A DNA stretch of 64,000 nucleotides. It comes from Thermodesulfobacteriota bacterium (GTDB taxonomy: Bacteria; Desulfobacterota; Desulfarculia; JACQYL01). This document shows, one piece after another, positions 1 to 10,707 of this stretch (positions are counted from its first letter, which is position 1; each line of letters begins with the position of its first letter). Made by a program: the position numbers and the translations under genes. Under the pieces are notes generated by a model. It saw only the letters and a program-made list of their open reading frames with translations. It made no database searches and was not told the origin of the DNA. The stretch is from NCBI GenBank assembly GCA_963675595.2, contig CAXXLZ010000002.1, forward strand, positions 4,096,001 to 4,160,000. The letters run 5' to 3'.

Positions 1-1319
1 TTTCTCAATTAATGTCTAGGGCTCCTCGTCTTCCGGCCGAACAGCGGGCCAATCTCGAAACCATCAGTCGAAGCGGCGAGCATCTGCTCTCACTGATCAA
101 CGATGTGCTGGAGTTTTCAAAAATTGAGGCGGGCAGATTGGAGCTTCATCTCGAGAACTTCGACCTAAACCATCTGATCCGAGAGCTTGATGAGATGTTT
201 CGCTTACGTGCTCGAGAGAAAGGCCTCTACCTGGATATGGAGCTGGAAGCCCATGTGCCTCGTCACATTCGGGCGGATCAGAGAAAGCTCCGGCAGGTCC
301 TTATCAACCTGCTCGGGAACGCCGTCAAGTTTACCGACGTGGGAGGAGTGACTCTCCGGGTGACCCGTGAGGCGGAACAAGACGGCCACGACGGTGTGCG
401 GTTCGACGTGGCCGATACCGGGAGGGGCATCGGGGAGGATGAACAGTCCAAAGTATTCGAGTCCTTTTTTCAGGCGGGAGAGAAGCAAAGCGGCCGGCAG
501 GGAACCGGGTTGGGACTTCCCATTAGCGAGAGATTTGTTCAAATGATGGGAGGACGTCTTACTCTGGAAAGCGAAGTCGGCAGGGGTACAAGGTTTTCAT
601 TTTGTATTCCGGTGAAAGGATTGACCCCATCCGATGCCGTATCATCAAGAGAAACGTCCCGGGTGGTGGGATTGGAGGAGGGCCAACCCGAATTCCGACT
701 CTTGGTGGTGGAAGACAATGACCATAGCCGTGTCCTCCTGGTCAGGTTGCTTCAAAGTGTGGGGTTTTCGGTGGAAGAGGCGCGAGACGGCCAAGAGGCG
801 GTTGCGGTCTGGGAAAGGATGCAGCCTCATCTGATCTGGATGGACATGCGTATGCCGGTGATGGACGGATACGAAGCGACCAAGCGGATCAAGTCGTCGC
901 CGGGAGGTGCCGACACGATCGTTATCGCTTTGACCGCAAGCGCTTTTGAGGAAGACCGAATGAAAGTCATGGCTCACGGCTGTGACGATTTCGTTCGAAA
1001 GCCTTTCAGAGAGCACGAGATCTTCGAGGTGCTGTCAAAACATCTGGGCGTGAAATTCATTTCGGAAACCAGGAGCGAAGGGGGGCGCGGCAAAGCCGCA
1101 GCGTCGGTCCAAGAGCTACGGCGTGCTCTTAACGATCTGTCCGAGGATCAGAGGAATGATCTGAGAACCGCCGCTTATGGGGTTGATTTTGATCATGCTT
1201 TGGCGGCCTTGGAAAGAATTCGATTCGACAACGGAGTCTTGGCGGATGCTTTGACGGACTTGGTGGTCGAATATCAGTTCGACATCTTACAAGAGTTGTT
1301 CGAGGGAGTGGACAGGTGA
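1..1319 (+). CDS. Hybrid sensor histidine kinase/receiver (5'-truncated by window edge)
   Basis: Frame is open from the window start (SQLMSR, just after an H-box). HATPase motifs NLLGNAVKFT, DTGRGI, GTGLGL. Receiver motifs VEDN...WMDMRMPVMDG...RKPF. Confidence 0.9.
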   Translation, partial: SQLMSRAPRLPAEQRANLETISRSGEHLLSLINDVLEFSKIEAGRLELHLENFDLNHLIRELDEMFRLRAREKGLYLDMELEAHVPRHIRADQRKLRQVLINLLGNAVKFTDVGGVTLRVTREAEQDGHDGVRFDVADTGRGIGEDEQSKVFESFFQAGEKQSGRQGTGLGLPISERFVQMMGGRLTLESEVGRGTRFSFCIPVKGLTPSDAVSSRETSRVVGLEEGQPEFRLLVVEDNDHSRVLLVRLLQSVGFSVEEARDGQEAVAVWERMQPHLIWMDMRMPVMDGYEATKRIKSSPGGADTIVIALTASAFEEDRMKVMAHGCDDFVRKPFREHEIFEVLSKHLGVKFISETRSEGGRGKAAASVQELRRALNDLSEDQRNDLRTAAYGVDFDHALAALERIRFDNGVLADALTDLVVEYQFDILQELFEGVDR

Positions 1320-2281
1320 TGGAAATCAAGCAGCCTCGTGAAAACATATTGATTGTCGATGATACTCCTGAGAATCTTACCGTATTACGTCAGATTCTGA
1401 CGGAACACGGCTATCGGGTGCGGCCCGCGCTTAGCGGAGAAATTGCCCTGAAAACCGCTCAGGCCGACCTGCCCGACCTCATCTTGTTGGATATTCTGAT
1501 GCCCGGGATGGACGGGTATGAAGTGTGTGGAAAGTTCAAAGCGGAGGAGCGGACCAGGGATATTCCCATCATTTTTATCAGCGCTCTCAATGAAATTGAG
1601 GACAAGATGAAGGCCTTCTCAGGGGGTGGCGTGGACTACATCTCCAAGCCTTTTCACGCGGAAGAAATCCTGGCCCGGGTCGGCACTCACCTGACTTTGC
1701 GCTCCCAGCAAAAGGCGTTGACCTTGCAGAATGAAGAACTGAGAGAAAAAAACGCCCTGATCAAAGAGCAGGCGGAAAAACTAAAAATGCTGGCCTCAAG
1801 AGATTTTCTCACCGGCCTGTCCAATCGCAGGGATTTTCTGGAAAAAGCGCATCAGGAAGAGAGACGCTACAAGAGGACTGAGAGAACTTTTGCCTTTATC
1901 CTGCTTGATATCGATCATTTCAAGGAGGTCAACGATACTCACGGACATGAATGCGGCGACGCGGTGCTTGTCGGAGTAGCGCGGTCTCTCGAGAAGGCGC
2001 TTCGTGGGCAGGATGTGGTCGCCCGCTGGGGCGGAGAGGAGTTCATCTGTCTTCTTCCGGAAACCGGTCTGGAGGGTGCCCGGAATGTTGCGGAGAAGAT
2101 AAGACGGTCTTCGGAAGCCGCCGTCCATAGATGCAACAGCAGGGAAATCTCGATAACCGTCACTCTGGGAGGGAGCGTCTACAACGGGGAATGCTCGATG
2201 GAAGAATGCATCGGTCGGGCGGACAGGGCTCTCTACAGAGGAAAACAACAAGGCCGCAATCGGGTCGAGTTCGAGAAATAA
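1316..2281 (+). CDS. Response regulator diguanylate cyclase (REC-GGDEF)
   Basis: N-terminal REC (IVDD, LLDILMPGMDG, SKPF), DIDHFKEVNDTHGH, RGQD I-site and GGEEF. Start overlaps the upstream stop. Confidence 0.93.
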   Translation: MMEIKQPRENILIVDDTPENLTVLRQILTEHGYRVRPALSGEIALKTAQADLPDLILLDILMPGMDGYEVCGKFKAEERTRDIPIIFISALNEIEDKMKAFSGGGVDYISKPFHAEEILARVGTHLTLRSQQKALTLQNEELREKNALIKEQAEKLKMLASRDFLTGLSNRRDFLEKAHQEERRYKRTERTFAFILLDIDHFKEVNDTHGHECGDAVLVGVARSLEKALRGQDVVARWGGEEFICLLPETGLEGARNVAEKIRRSSEAAVHRCNSREISITVTLGGSVYNGECSMEECIGRADRALYRGKQQGRNRVEFEK

Positions 2282-2539
2282 CCGTGTTGACCGGCCGGCG
2301 AAGAGGGTGAGCCACATCAGGAAACGGCCTGCCGAAGAAGTCGATTTCATAGTGGATTCTCGAATCGCGGCAAATCTTGGACATACTCGTGCGGCAATGG
2401 TCTTAGTGACTTCTTTTTCGGCAAAGCATTTTGGTGTAAGTGGAGGCGCCGGAGGAGTCAGTTCGAACCTTTGGTGCATCTTGTCGGGGAAAAACCCACT
2501 GAATGAAACAGAATATTTCTTTGCTTGGTTGAGGAATGG

Positions 2540-4567
2540 ATGATGCACGGGCGCAACTCAATCTTTTTGGCGCGGGTCGCGGTTCTCTTGGCGATTTTCA
2601 TTACGGCCGCACCGGGCATGTCGGCAGGTGCGTCGCCGCAGTTGGGTGATAGTGATGTGCCGGCGCCGCCGTATGCGACCTCCGGCATTCCCGTCTCGGA
2701 ACAGAGCAACGATACCGAACCATCGCCATCGGTCGAGAAGACCGCGCGGGCGGAGGAGCAGGAGGAGTTGCTGGAACTGCTGGCGGTATTGGAGCAAGAG
2801 ACGGAGATCGCCACCAAGACGAGAATGAACAGCGACTACGTGCCTGGAATGGTCACCGTGCTTCACGGTGAGCAACTCGAAGCTCTGGGCGTTCATACGG
2901 TGGCGGAAGCCTTGACCATGGTGCCCGGTATCCAGTTATCACGTGTTTTTTCCGGAGAACCATCGGTCAAAATCCGGGGAATCGCCTTTCCGTTCAACTC
3001 CGGCAATATCAAGGTCATGCTCAATTCCATCGCACTGAGCCGTGAGAGTTCCGGGATCAATTCATCGGTTCTGCTGACCCCGGTGGCCCAGGTCGACAGG
3101 ATAGAAATTGTTCGAGGTCCCGGCTCGAGCCTTTACGGGGATTTCGCTCTGTCGGGCGTGGTGAATATTATCACGAAAAACGCGGGGGGCCGTGTGTTCG
3201 CCCGCGCCGGCAGTGATCACTCCAAAGGAGGTGGCGGTCACTACGCCTATCATGACGATGAGATTCCATTCGGCGTCGGCTTGAATGTCTCCTTGGTCGA
3301 TGACGGCGAGAACGCCGTCTCCTTGGAGAGGGACCCCGACGAACAACGATTTACGGGTGTTTTCAAACTGGATTACCGGGATTTTGCTTTTACGGCTGAA
3401 GGTGTCCGACGCAGTGTGGACTTGAGAAATAGGGACTCATCGGATGACGACAGGCCCGGTGCCCCTCGGACGACGACCTCTCAACGAGAGGAATCGTGGG
3501 CTATAGAAGGCCGGCAGACCATTGAGCTCGGGCGCTTCGCCGACATTGAGCCCTACATTACGTACCTGCGGAACGACCGGAATGCTGAAGTGCCTTTGAG
3601 CGAGTTCCGGGGAGACCGTGTGGAGGCGGGATTTGATGCGAACTGGTCGCCATGGACCTCTCACCAACTGCACTTCGGATTTTCATATACGTATTCCGAT
3701 ATCGATGATGCGGCCAATCGGGTGCCGGGAGACGCGCCCTTGGAAGTCTCAGGGGTCAATCGCAGGAATTTTTCCCTGAGCGTCCAGGATCAGGCGGCTC
3801 TAACGGACCGGTTCTCGTTGACTCTCGGACTTCGTTTCGACGACTACGACGACGTGGGCAACCTTCTGACACCGAGAATCGCAGGCGTGTATCGTCTTGG
3901 GGAACATCATGTAATCAAAGCTCAATATTCCGAGAGTTTTCGGGCTCCCACTTTCTGGGAGCTTTACGCCACCGGCCGAGCGAACGAAAACCTCGACTTC
4001 GAGGTGATCAAGACCACGGAATTGGCCTACGTGTATCGGCGGCCGAATGCCGTGGGCCGATTGACCCTCTACTACTCCAGAATTGACGATGGAATTTACA
4101 GAGATGCAGGCGGCGGTTACACCAACTCTGTTGGAATCGAGTCGAAGGGAATAGAAGTGGAATGGGAACAGCGACTCGGCGACGGATTTCGTTGGCTGGC
4201 CAATATTTCCTATGTCGATGCCCGGGACGGGCGCTCGGGACCGTCGGCCGACGACCAGAGCCTGGGAGTCGCCGACTGGCTCGGCAACCTTGTCTTTTTC
4301 CTGCAGCCTCTTCCCGAGTACATGGTGACCGGGCGTTTTCTGTATGTTGGGGACCGTCATACATTGGACGGCTGGATCGAAGGGTATGAGAGCCTTGATC
4401 TCACTGTTTCCCGTATGGACCTTTGGGTAAAGGGGCTCACGGCTCGAATCGGCGTCAAAGACCTGTTTGACCACACAATCAAGTACGTAACCAGTCGGCC
4501 CAACGGTTTGACGGAAGACGAATTCCCCGGCCGCACCTTTTGGCTCCAGGTATCGTACGATTTATAG
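2540..4567 (+). CDS. TonB-dependent receptor
   Basis: Signal peptide, plug motif RIEIVRGPGSSLYGDFALSGVVNIIT, FRAPTFWELY, and C-terminal PGRTFWLQVSYDL. Confidence 0.9.
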   Translation: MMHGRNSIFLARVAVLLAIFITAAPGMSAGASPQLGDSDVPAPPYATSGIPVSEQSNDTEPSPSVEKTARAEEQEELLELLAVLEQETEIATKTRMNSDYVPGMVTVLHGEQLEALGVHTVAEALTMVPGIQLSRVFSGEPSVKIRGIAFPFNSGNIKVMLNSIALSRESSGINSSVLLTPVAQVDRIEIVRGPGSSLYGDFALSGVVNIITKNAGGRVFARAGSDHSKGGGGHYAYHDDEIPFGVGLNVSLVDDGENAVSLERDPDEQRFTGVFKLDYRDFAFTAEGVRRSVDLRNRDSSDDDRPGAPRTTTSQREESWAIEGRQTIELGRFADIEPYITYLRNDRNAEVPLSEFRGDRVEAGFDANWSPWTSHQLHFGFSYTYSDIDDAANRVPGDAPLEVSGVNRRNFSLSVQDQAALTDRFSLTLGLRFDDYDDVGNLLTPRIAGVYRLGEHHVIKAQYSESFRAPTFWELYATGRANENLDFEVIKTTELAYVYRRPNAVGRLTLYYSRIDDGIYRDAGGGYTNSVGIESKGIEVEWEQRLGDGFRWLANISYVDARDGRSGPSADDQSLGVADWLGNLVFFLQPLPEYMVTGRFLYVGDRHTLDGWIEGYESLDLTVSRMDLWVKGLTARIGVKDLFDHTIKYVTSRPNGLTEDEFPGRTFWLQVSYDL

Positions 4568-4584
4568 TCAGGATTTCGGATTCC

Positions 4585-5187
4585 GTGACCCGTCTTAAAT
4601 TCATACAGCGAAGGCACCCTTGCGTGATCGCCGTTTGTGCGTTCATGCTTGCCGGCTTCGCTGTTTCGGCCGCCGGCCCTTCCCATTCAGGGGATTTTAC
4701 CGATCGAAGAATCACCACCGGCGCCAGGATCTTTCGTGCGCTTCTGGCGGCCGATGTGGACATTACCCGGAAGACCGGCAGGGACGGCAGCCTCAGGCTA
4801 TGTCTGCTTTATGTCGATGACACCGGCAATGCGGAGAAGGCTGCGGAAGTACTTCGGAACCGAGACGATTCCCGTATTCGAAAAATGAATGTGCGCGTAG
4901 AGATTATCCCATTTGCACGATTTGTCGCCAACGGGGCGACCGGATTTGCAGGCGTTTTTCTTACCCAGGCGTTAAGCGACGAGAAGCTCGGGAAACTTAT
5001 CGCTTACGCCAAAAAACACAAGATAGCGGTCTTTTCGCCCCTTGAGGGCGACGTGGAGCGGGGGGTGTTGGGCGGTATTGCGGTGGAAGCCCGGGTCCGC
5101 CCTTACCTCAACATGAAGGCCTTACATGATACGGGCGTCACATTGAAATCCTTCTTTGTGAGAGTGGCCAAACAGTATGAAAAATAA
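4585..5187 (+). CDS. YfiR/DUF4154-like periplasmic protein
   Basis: Signal peptide and C-terminal DVERGVLGGI...PYLNMKAL...LKS..VRVAK pattern typical of the YfiR family. Lies between the TonB receptor and a kinase. Start codon uncertain. Confidence 0.65.
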   Translation: MTRLKFIQRRHPCVIAVCAFMLAGFAVSAAGPSHSGDFTDRRITTGARIFRALLAADVDITRKTGRDGSLRLCLLYVDDTGNAEKAAEVLRNRDDSRIRKMNVRVEIIPFARFVANGATGFAGVFLTQALSDEKLGKLIAYAKKHKIAVFSPLEGDVERGVLGGIAVEARVRPYLNMKALHDTGVTLKSFFVRVAKQYEK

Positions 5188-7219
5188 GCCTGAGAGCGGG
5201 ATCCGGGGTTACGGGACTTATGTGATCGTGAGTCTCGCCTTCTTGGCTTTGCTGGGCAGCCTGCAGGCTTTGATATGGTTGTACTGGGACACGGTACTCG
5301 AGCCTCGTTTGCGGAGGGAAGCGGCGTCCCAGGCCGATGTACTGGCCCATTCCCAGGCGGCCAGGTTGGCGGACGCCTTGGTTGTGGCCGATCCGGTTCA
5401 ACGACTTCAGTCACTCCGAGAAACGATCGCCGAAGCTCTTTTGTTCACGGGCCCACAAACCAACCAACCGCTGTTCTTAGGCCTGAGCCTGGAGATCGAC
5501 TACGATGTGGTTTCCGCGCCTGCCGGGAGTTTGAACCTTGTCCACGGCATAAGTTATTGCTCGGACTGCTTCCTCTCCGAAGTAGCCCTCTACTCGCCCC
5601 GCTCCGATGAACTGCTCGGTATCGCTCGATTCCGCGTGAATAACGATCTGTTCCGAAACCTGAGTAAGGATGTCAAGAAGACGCTTTTTACCCAATCACA
5701 TGTTGGGATCGTCTTGTTGCTCTCGGCATGGGGCTTCGTCCTTATATTGATCAGGGAAATCAACCGCTCACGCCGGCAGGCCGAAGCAGCCAATCGAGCC
5801 AAAAGCACGTTTCTAGCCAATATGAGCCATGAACTCAGGACGCCCCTGAACGCCATCATCGGATTCTCCGAACTGATGCAACGGGATCCCGACTTTTCAC
5901 CAAAACACAGAGAAAACCTCTCAGTCATAAACCGGAGTGGCAACTACCTCCTCGAACTCATCAATGATGTCTTGGAGTTGTCCAGGATTGAGGCCGCCCA
6001 GATCCATCTGAACGAAACCACCTTCGACATCTATGAGATGTTGGACGGTGTTGTGAAGATGATGCGTCTTCGCGTTGAAAAAAAGAATCTACGTTTCATT
6101 TTTGAACGCATGGAAGATATCCCGCGCTATGTCAGAACGGATGAAAGAAAATTAAGGCAGATTCTACTGAATCTATTGGGAAACGCCATCAAGTTTACGG
6201 AACAAGGATGCGTCGTCCTGCGAGTGAGTCGGGAAGATGGTGAGTCCGATCCGAGTAGTGAGCTTCTGATTCTTCGTTTCGAGGTGGAGGATACCGGCCC
6301 TGGAATTCCGTCCGAGGAGCGCAATAGAATCTTCGATGCATTCACTCAGGCTCGAAGCGGCTACGACAAAAAGGAAGGAGCCGGTCTAGGTCTGACGATA
6401 AGTCGCCAGTTTGTTGAAAATCTGGGCGGTGAAATCAGTGTGGACAGCTCCGTCGGTGCGGGGACGGTTTTCAGATTCACCATACGGGCGGTGTCCGCCG
6501 CAGCCTCCACCGTGGAGGCCCATCGGGAGGCACGTACCGTTATCGGCTTGAAACATCAAACCGGAAGCGGGAACGATCAACCCTACCGGATACTGGTGGT
6601 GGATGATCATGAGGAGAACAGGTCGCTTCTCCGGATGCTGCTGGAACCGGTCGGCTTCCTGGTGAGAACAGCCGAAAACGGCCGGCAGGCCGTTGATATC
6701 GACGACACATGGAAGCCGGACCTGATTTGGATGGACATGCGGATGCCTGTGATGGACGGTTACGAGGCAACAAAAAGAATCCGCAAAACGGAGCGAGAGA
6801 GAGGACGTAACCGCCCGATCATTATCGCACTCACGGCCGGCGCGTTCAGGGAGGACCGCGATGCGGTCCTTGCGGCCGGTTGCGATGACTTTGTCCGTCG
6901 TCCTTTTCGCGAGTCCGAGATATGGGAGAAGATGCATAAGCATCTCGGCGTGGAGTTCGTTTACGGCGAGCCGGAGAGTCAGGAATCGGAGCAGACCCTC
7001 GATGATAATACCATCACCGAAAGCGTTGACTCTTTGTCCGCGGACCTACGACTTGATTTCAAGAACGCAGTGGAATCCATAGATTTCGAGAAAGCCATGG
7101 TTGTCATCGGACGGATTCAAAAAGAAGATGAACGCCTTGCCTCCTTTTTGAAGGAACTGGTCAATGCCTACCAATTCGATGTCTTACAAAGACTTTTTGA
7201 AATGGAAAGACGGAATTAG
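5177..7219 (+). CDS. Membrane-bound hybrid sensor histidine kinase/receiver
   Basis: Two TM segments, FLANMSHELRTPLNAIIGFS, HATPase and C-terminal receiver. Paralogous to the first ORF. Confidence 0.92.
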   Translation: MKNKPESGIRGYGTYVIVSLAFLALLGSLQALIWLYWDTVLEPRLRREAASQADVLAHSQAARLADALVVADPVQRLQSLRETIAEALLFTGPQTNQPLFLGLSLEIDYDVVSAPAGSLNLVHGISYCSDCFLSEVALYSPRSDELLGIARFRVNNDLFRNLSKDVKKTLFTQSHVGIVLLLSAWGFVLILIREINRSRRQAEAANRAKSTFLANMSHELRTPLNAIIGFSELMQRDPDFSPKHRENLSVINRSGNYLLELINDVLELSRIEAAQIHLNETTFDIYEMLDGVVKMMRLRVEKKNLRFIFERMEDIPRYVRTDERKLRQILLNLLGNAIKFTEQGCVVLRVSREDGESDPSSELLILRFEVEDTGPGIPSEERNRIFDAFTQARSGYDKKEGAGLGLTISRQFVENLGGEISVDSSVGAGTVFRFTIRAVSAAASTVEAHREARTVIGLKHQTGSGNDQPYRILVVDDHEENRSLLRMLLEPVGFLVRTAENGRQAVDIDDTWKPDLIWMDMRMPVMDGYEATKRIRKTERERGRNRPIIIALTAGAFREDRDAVLAAGCDDFVRRPFRESEIWEKMHKHLGVEFVYGEPESQESEQTLDDNTITESVDSLSADLRLDFKNAVESIDFEKAMVVIGRIQKEDERLASFLKELVNAYQFDVLQRLFEMERRN

Positions 7220-7380
7220 CGTCTAAGCGGCATCCTGTTTTTTGTGGACCTGTCAAATGGTTACGCTATTTATAACCATCCGTATCTTTTCAATTTATTT
7301 GCTTTCGAGCTCATTCGGTCATTTATGATAATGATCATAAATGATGCAAATCAATTGAGAATAGTTTTGATTCAACCCCT

Positions 7381-9837
7381 TCAGAAGACTCTATGGCGGA
7401 GCTTCCAGAGCGCGAGTCCCATGGACAGAACCATGAGAAGAATCATGCCCCATTCCGACAGGGTGGGCACGGAGGCGACGGCAGGCCCGGTCCGGCGCGC
7501 GCCGATGCCGCCCGGGTCAACGGTCTCGCCGTTTGCGATGCCGTCCTGATCCCCTTCGCCCCCGTCCGTCAGGATGAGCACAAAGGTGTTGTCCCCGTCA
7601 TTCAGCCCCCCCACGTTGGCGTAGGGGGTGTAAGCGCCGGTTTCTTCGTCGAACTTGTAAAAGGTGGAGCCCACGGGAATGCTTCCGGTCATGGTGAACG
7701 CGATGCGGACCGTGCCTCCCACGGGAACGTTGACGACCTTGAAGTCCATGATCCCCCAGGGGAAGTCCGTGCTGGGGGGCGGGGTCCCGCCGGGGTCTTG
7801 ACTGTTCATGTAAAGGATGTAGGGACCTCCCTCGCTCCTCTCGATCTGCATTTCCCAGCCCGCCGCCGGCCCGTCGATGAAATGGGAATCGAAGGAACCC
7901 TGCACCACGGTGCAGGTCTTGTCGGCAATGCTGATGGTTCCGGTCCGGGGTTGATTGGGGTAGCCGTTTTCCGTGATGCGGTAGGTCACCGCGCCGTTCC
8001 CGGTTCCGGAGGCTTCGCCGGTGAGGATGATCCATTCGGCGTTTGAAGCGGCGGTCCAAGGACACCTTTCGGGGATCGTCACATCCATGGTCAAGTTGTT
8101 CGTTGCATCCGGTCCGTGCTGGGGATTCTCGGGATCGATGACTGCCGTGCAGGCGCTCCACAGGGCGTAGAGAGTCCGATCGGCTGCAGGCATGTTGAAC
8201 GTGTCCCCCGGGTCGTACGCGCTTCCGCCCCCGCCCTCCTCGGTGTTCCATTCTTTGAAACCGTAACCGGATTTCTCCATCGTGCCCGGTTCGGGCACGG
8301 TGACCGTATCTCCTGCCTCGTAGGCTTTGGCGTCCGTGGGAGCGGTCCCGCCCGTATTGCCGTTGCCGTCGTAAGTGACCGTGTAGGTGGGTACAAAATT
8401 AGCGGTGACCGTGGCCGAGCCCGTCAGGGTCAACGTGGTGGCGGGGTCGGACGCGTCGCCGAAGGCCGCATTTTCGGCCGGGTCGGCTGTCCAGTTGACA
8501 AAGGCATAGCCGGACGTAGATGTTCCCGTAATGTCTTGAGTGGCGCCCGCGTCCAGAATGGTCTTTGTTCCCGAGGCGGGCACGGTCGTACCCCCTGCGT
8601 CCGGGTCCTTGGCCATGGTGAGGGCCACCTTAACGGTTAGTGTGCCGTTGACATAAGTGATATCGTAGTTGGCAAGTCCTGTTCCCTGTGCGTTGGAAGC
8701 TTCAATGTCATACGTTCCCGGCGATGCATCAGCTGCCGCGCCGGTACTTGTCAATGTAACGGATGTGATGGAATCACCGTTGACAAGTCCTGAGTCTGTG
8801 AATTCCGTCCCCGCAAATGTCAATGTCGTGCCTTGGACTTTGGAGGTATTATCCGCCGTGATCGTCAGGGCTTTCTCCGTTACCGTCAAGTCTCCAGCTG
8901 AGTAAGTTATAGAATAATTTGAAGATGTAAACGTCCCTCCGGTGGCGGAACTGATGCCGATTACATCGCTGTACGTGCCTACAGTGTCCGATGCCTCATT
9001 CCCGCCCGAATACGCAACGGATACACTTCCGATGGTCTCCGAACCTGCCAGTCCGTTTGAAGTAAACGCCGTGTATCCTGTTCCATCGTTCAGGGTTGTT
9101 CCGTACTCTTTGCTCCCTGCGGTAGCCGTTACGAGCAAATTCTCGGGATTAATATCCGCCTTGGCGGAGGCGGTTGTTGAAGAAAGAGAAAATTTGCCCG
9201 AATCATTACCTGACAATGAAATATCGGTGATGACAACATTTATGTCATTGCCGACATTTTCACCGTCGAAAACAGCGGCGGAATAGGTGGCTGAAACATC
9301 ATAGGCTGTAAAGATATTCTGCAGGTCCAAATCAGCCGTTGCAGTTGTTGTGCCGTCATAGGCTTTGTCGTGGGCAACTGCAATCGCGGTCAGCCGTACT
9401 TGAGCGTCACCGGTTATCTCGCCGGTATTGGAGATTGTCGTGCCGCCCACGCCCATATCAATGGTCTTGATTCCGCTGTTTCCGGCCGTCAGGTTGTTCG
9501 TGGCGTTCGAACCGGTCATGGACTGAGCTGTTCCATCGAGAATGACCGTGCCGGTTCCGGCGTTGAAGGTCCCGGAGTTGCTCCAGTCGCCCGCGCACTG
9601 AATGATACCCGCTCCCGATGTCAACGTTCCGTTGGCCTGAACAGCGATGCCGCCCGCGCCCACATCGAGGGTGTTGTCGCCCACGGAAAGCGTCGAACCG
9701 GTGGTCCCGTCCCCGATGGTGAGCTTGTCGCATGCCGTGTCGCACGAAAGGGTCAACTGGGCGGCTCCCAGCGCCGTTCCGGCCATCAGGACAGCAGTCG
9801 CGATTACCATACCGCTCCAAAGGGATATTTTTCTCAT
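7381..9837 (-). CDS. Large secreted surface protein with IPTL-CTERM anchor (YDG/MBG-like, InlB B-repeat, BACON-like modules)
   Basis: Signal peptide. Module motifs DKAYDGTT, ITYVNGTLTV, YTVTYDGNGNTGG and WTAASNAEWI. Tail SVPTLSEWGMILLMVLSMGLALWKLRHR. Confidence 0.85.
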   Translation of the reverse strand: MRKISLWSGMVIATAVLMAGTALGAAQLTLSCDTACDKLTIGDGTTGSTLSVGDNTLDVGAGGIAVQANGTLTSGAGIIQCAGDWSNSGTFNAGTGTVILDGTAQSMTGSNATNNLTAGNSGIKTIDMGVGGTTISNTGEITGDAQVRLTAIAVAHDKAYDGTTTATADLDLQNIFTAYDVSATYSAAVFDGENVGNDINVVITDISLSGNDSGKFSLSSTTASAKADINPENLLVTATAGSKEYGTTLNDGTGYTAFTSNGLAGSETIGSVSVAYSGGNEASDTVGTYSDVIGISSATGGTFTSSNYSITYSAGDLTVTEKALTITADNTSKVQGTTLTFAGTEFTDSGLVNGDSITSVTLTSTGAAADASPGTYDIEASNAQGTGLANYDITYVNGTLTVKVALTMAKDPDAGGTTVPASGTKTILDAGATQDITGTSTSGYAFVNWTADPAENAAFGDASDPATTLTLTGSATVTANFVPTYTVTYDGNGNTGGTAPTDAKAYEAGDTVTVPEPGTMEKSGYGFKEWNTEEGGGGSAYDPGDTFNMPAADRTLYALWSACTAVIDPENPQHGPDATNNLTMDVTIPERCPWTAASNAEWIILTGEASGTGNGAVTYRITENGYPNQPRTGTISIADKTCTVVQGSFDSHFIDGPAAGWEMQIERSEGGPYILYMNSQDPGGTPPPSTDFPWGIMDFKVVNVPVGGTVRIAFTMTGSIPVGSTFYKFDEETGAYTPYANVGGLNDGDNTFVLILTDGGEGDQDGIANGETVDPGGIGARRTGPAVASVPTLSEWGMILLMVLSMGLALWKLRHRVF

Positions 9838-9849
9838 GGGGATTTCTCC

Positions 9850-10109
9850 TTAGAGCCCGAAAAACCCGCAATTGGATGGCCAAACATACCGAGGAGATCG
9901 AGCTTTTCCATCTGCCTGCTTACAGCCCTGACCGAAACCCGGATGAGTTGCTTAGCCGTGACGTCACAAGTAATACCGCCCGAAAGAGAACAGTCGGGAA
10001 CCTCAAAGGCGTTATGAGGATCATCCGGAGTCACCTCTGGAAACAACAGTGGCGGCCTGAACTCTTCCGGAGCTTCTTCAAGAAGCAACAGGCTGCTTAC
10101 GCTGCATAA
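9850..10109 (+). pseudogene. IS630-family transposase C-terminal fragment
   Basis: WMAKHTEEIELFHLPAYSPDRNPDE matches the IS630 LPxYSPELNPxE motif. The N-terminal two-thirds is absent. Confidence 0.8.
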
Positions 10110-10216
10110 ATACTAATCGATTTTCGTGTTTTGATTTTGGGTTGAGGTTTCAATTCGATCCGGTGGATCGCGCCGATGCGTCTGTTGCATTGGGGAGGTA
10201 TGGAATCTGTTCCTAC

Positions 10217-10368
10217 CAGGCTGTTGAAGAACGCGATCTGCGGCGTTGCGCTTCATCCCTCGTCACTGCGACGTACTCTATGTACGTCTCATTCCTCAGG
10301 ATTTGCGCGCCTTGCATCTCATCGTTTTTCAGCAGCCTGCCGCAACCGGCTTTTTTCAACGGGCTGCT
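10217..10368. repeat. REP/MITE-like family A, full copy
   Basis: Imperfect palindrome caggctgttgaagaacgcgatctgcggcgttg...atcgtttttcagcagcctg plus outer arm. A near-identical copy is at 39717-39868. Confidence 0.85.
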
Positions 10369-10389
10369 GATATGGCTGCACACGTCAAT

Positions 10390-10700
10390 AGGGCGCAGCA
10401 TTCTTCCGCCCCTTGTAGCGTTGGGGTATGGCTACCATTTATGGAACTTCAACCTGCGGACAGAGGCGGAACCTGCATAGCGACGGTGGATCATGCTGAT
10501 ATTCGCGGGTTGGTTACCGCCGGACTTGGTTCGTCGCGGAGCTGCCTCTTTCTAGAGACGAGGGTTCGGCAGATGCCAGATCTCCTATCAGGTCACGAGG
10601 ATTCTCCTTACCGCGGTTGCGCCCCTGCTCACAGGTTGAAGCCGGTGTTTTTCCCTTTTACAGTGCCGTCCTCCTTCCAAATCGAACGATATGGTGTTGA
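10390..10700 (-). ncRNA. Putative seek/bridge RNA of the IS1111-type element
   Basis: Non-coding 3' region containing cggtaaccaacccgcgAATATCAGcatgatccaccgtcgc, in which ATATCAG equals the element end plus core. Boundaries are inferred. Confidence 0.55.
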
Positions 10701-10707
10701 TGTGAGG

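Noticed and set aside
1316-2281. Hypr-GGDEF (cGAMP synthase) possibility for either cyclase
   Set aside because: Both keep the Asp in GHxxGD (GHECGD, GHGQGD) rather than the Hypr Ser.
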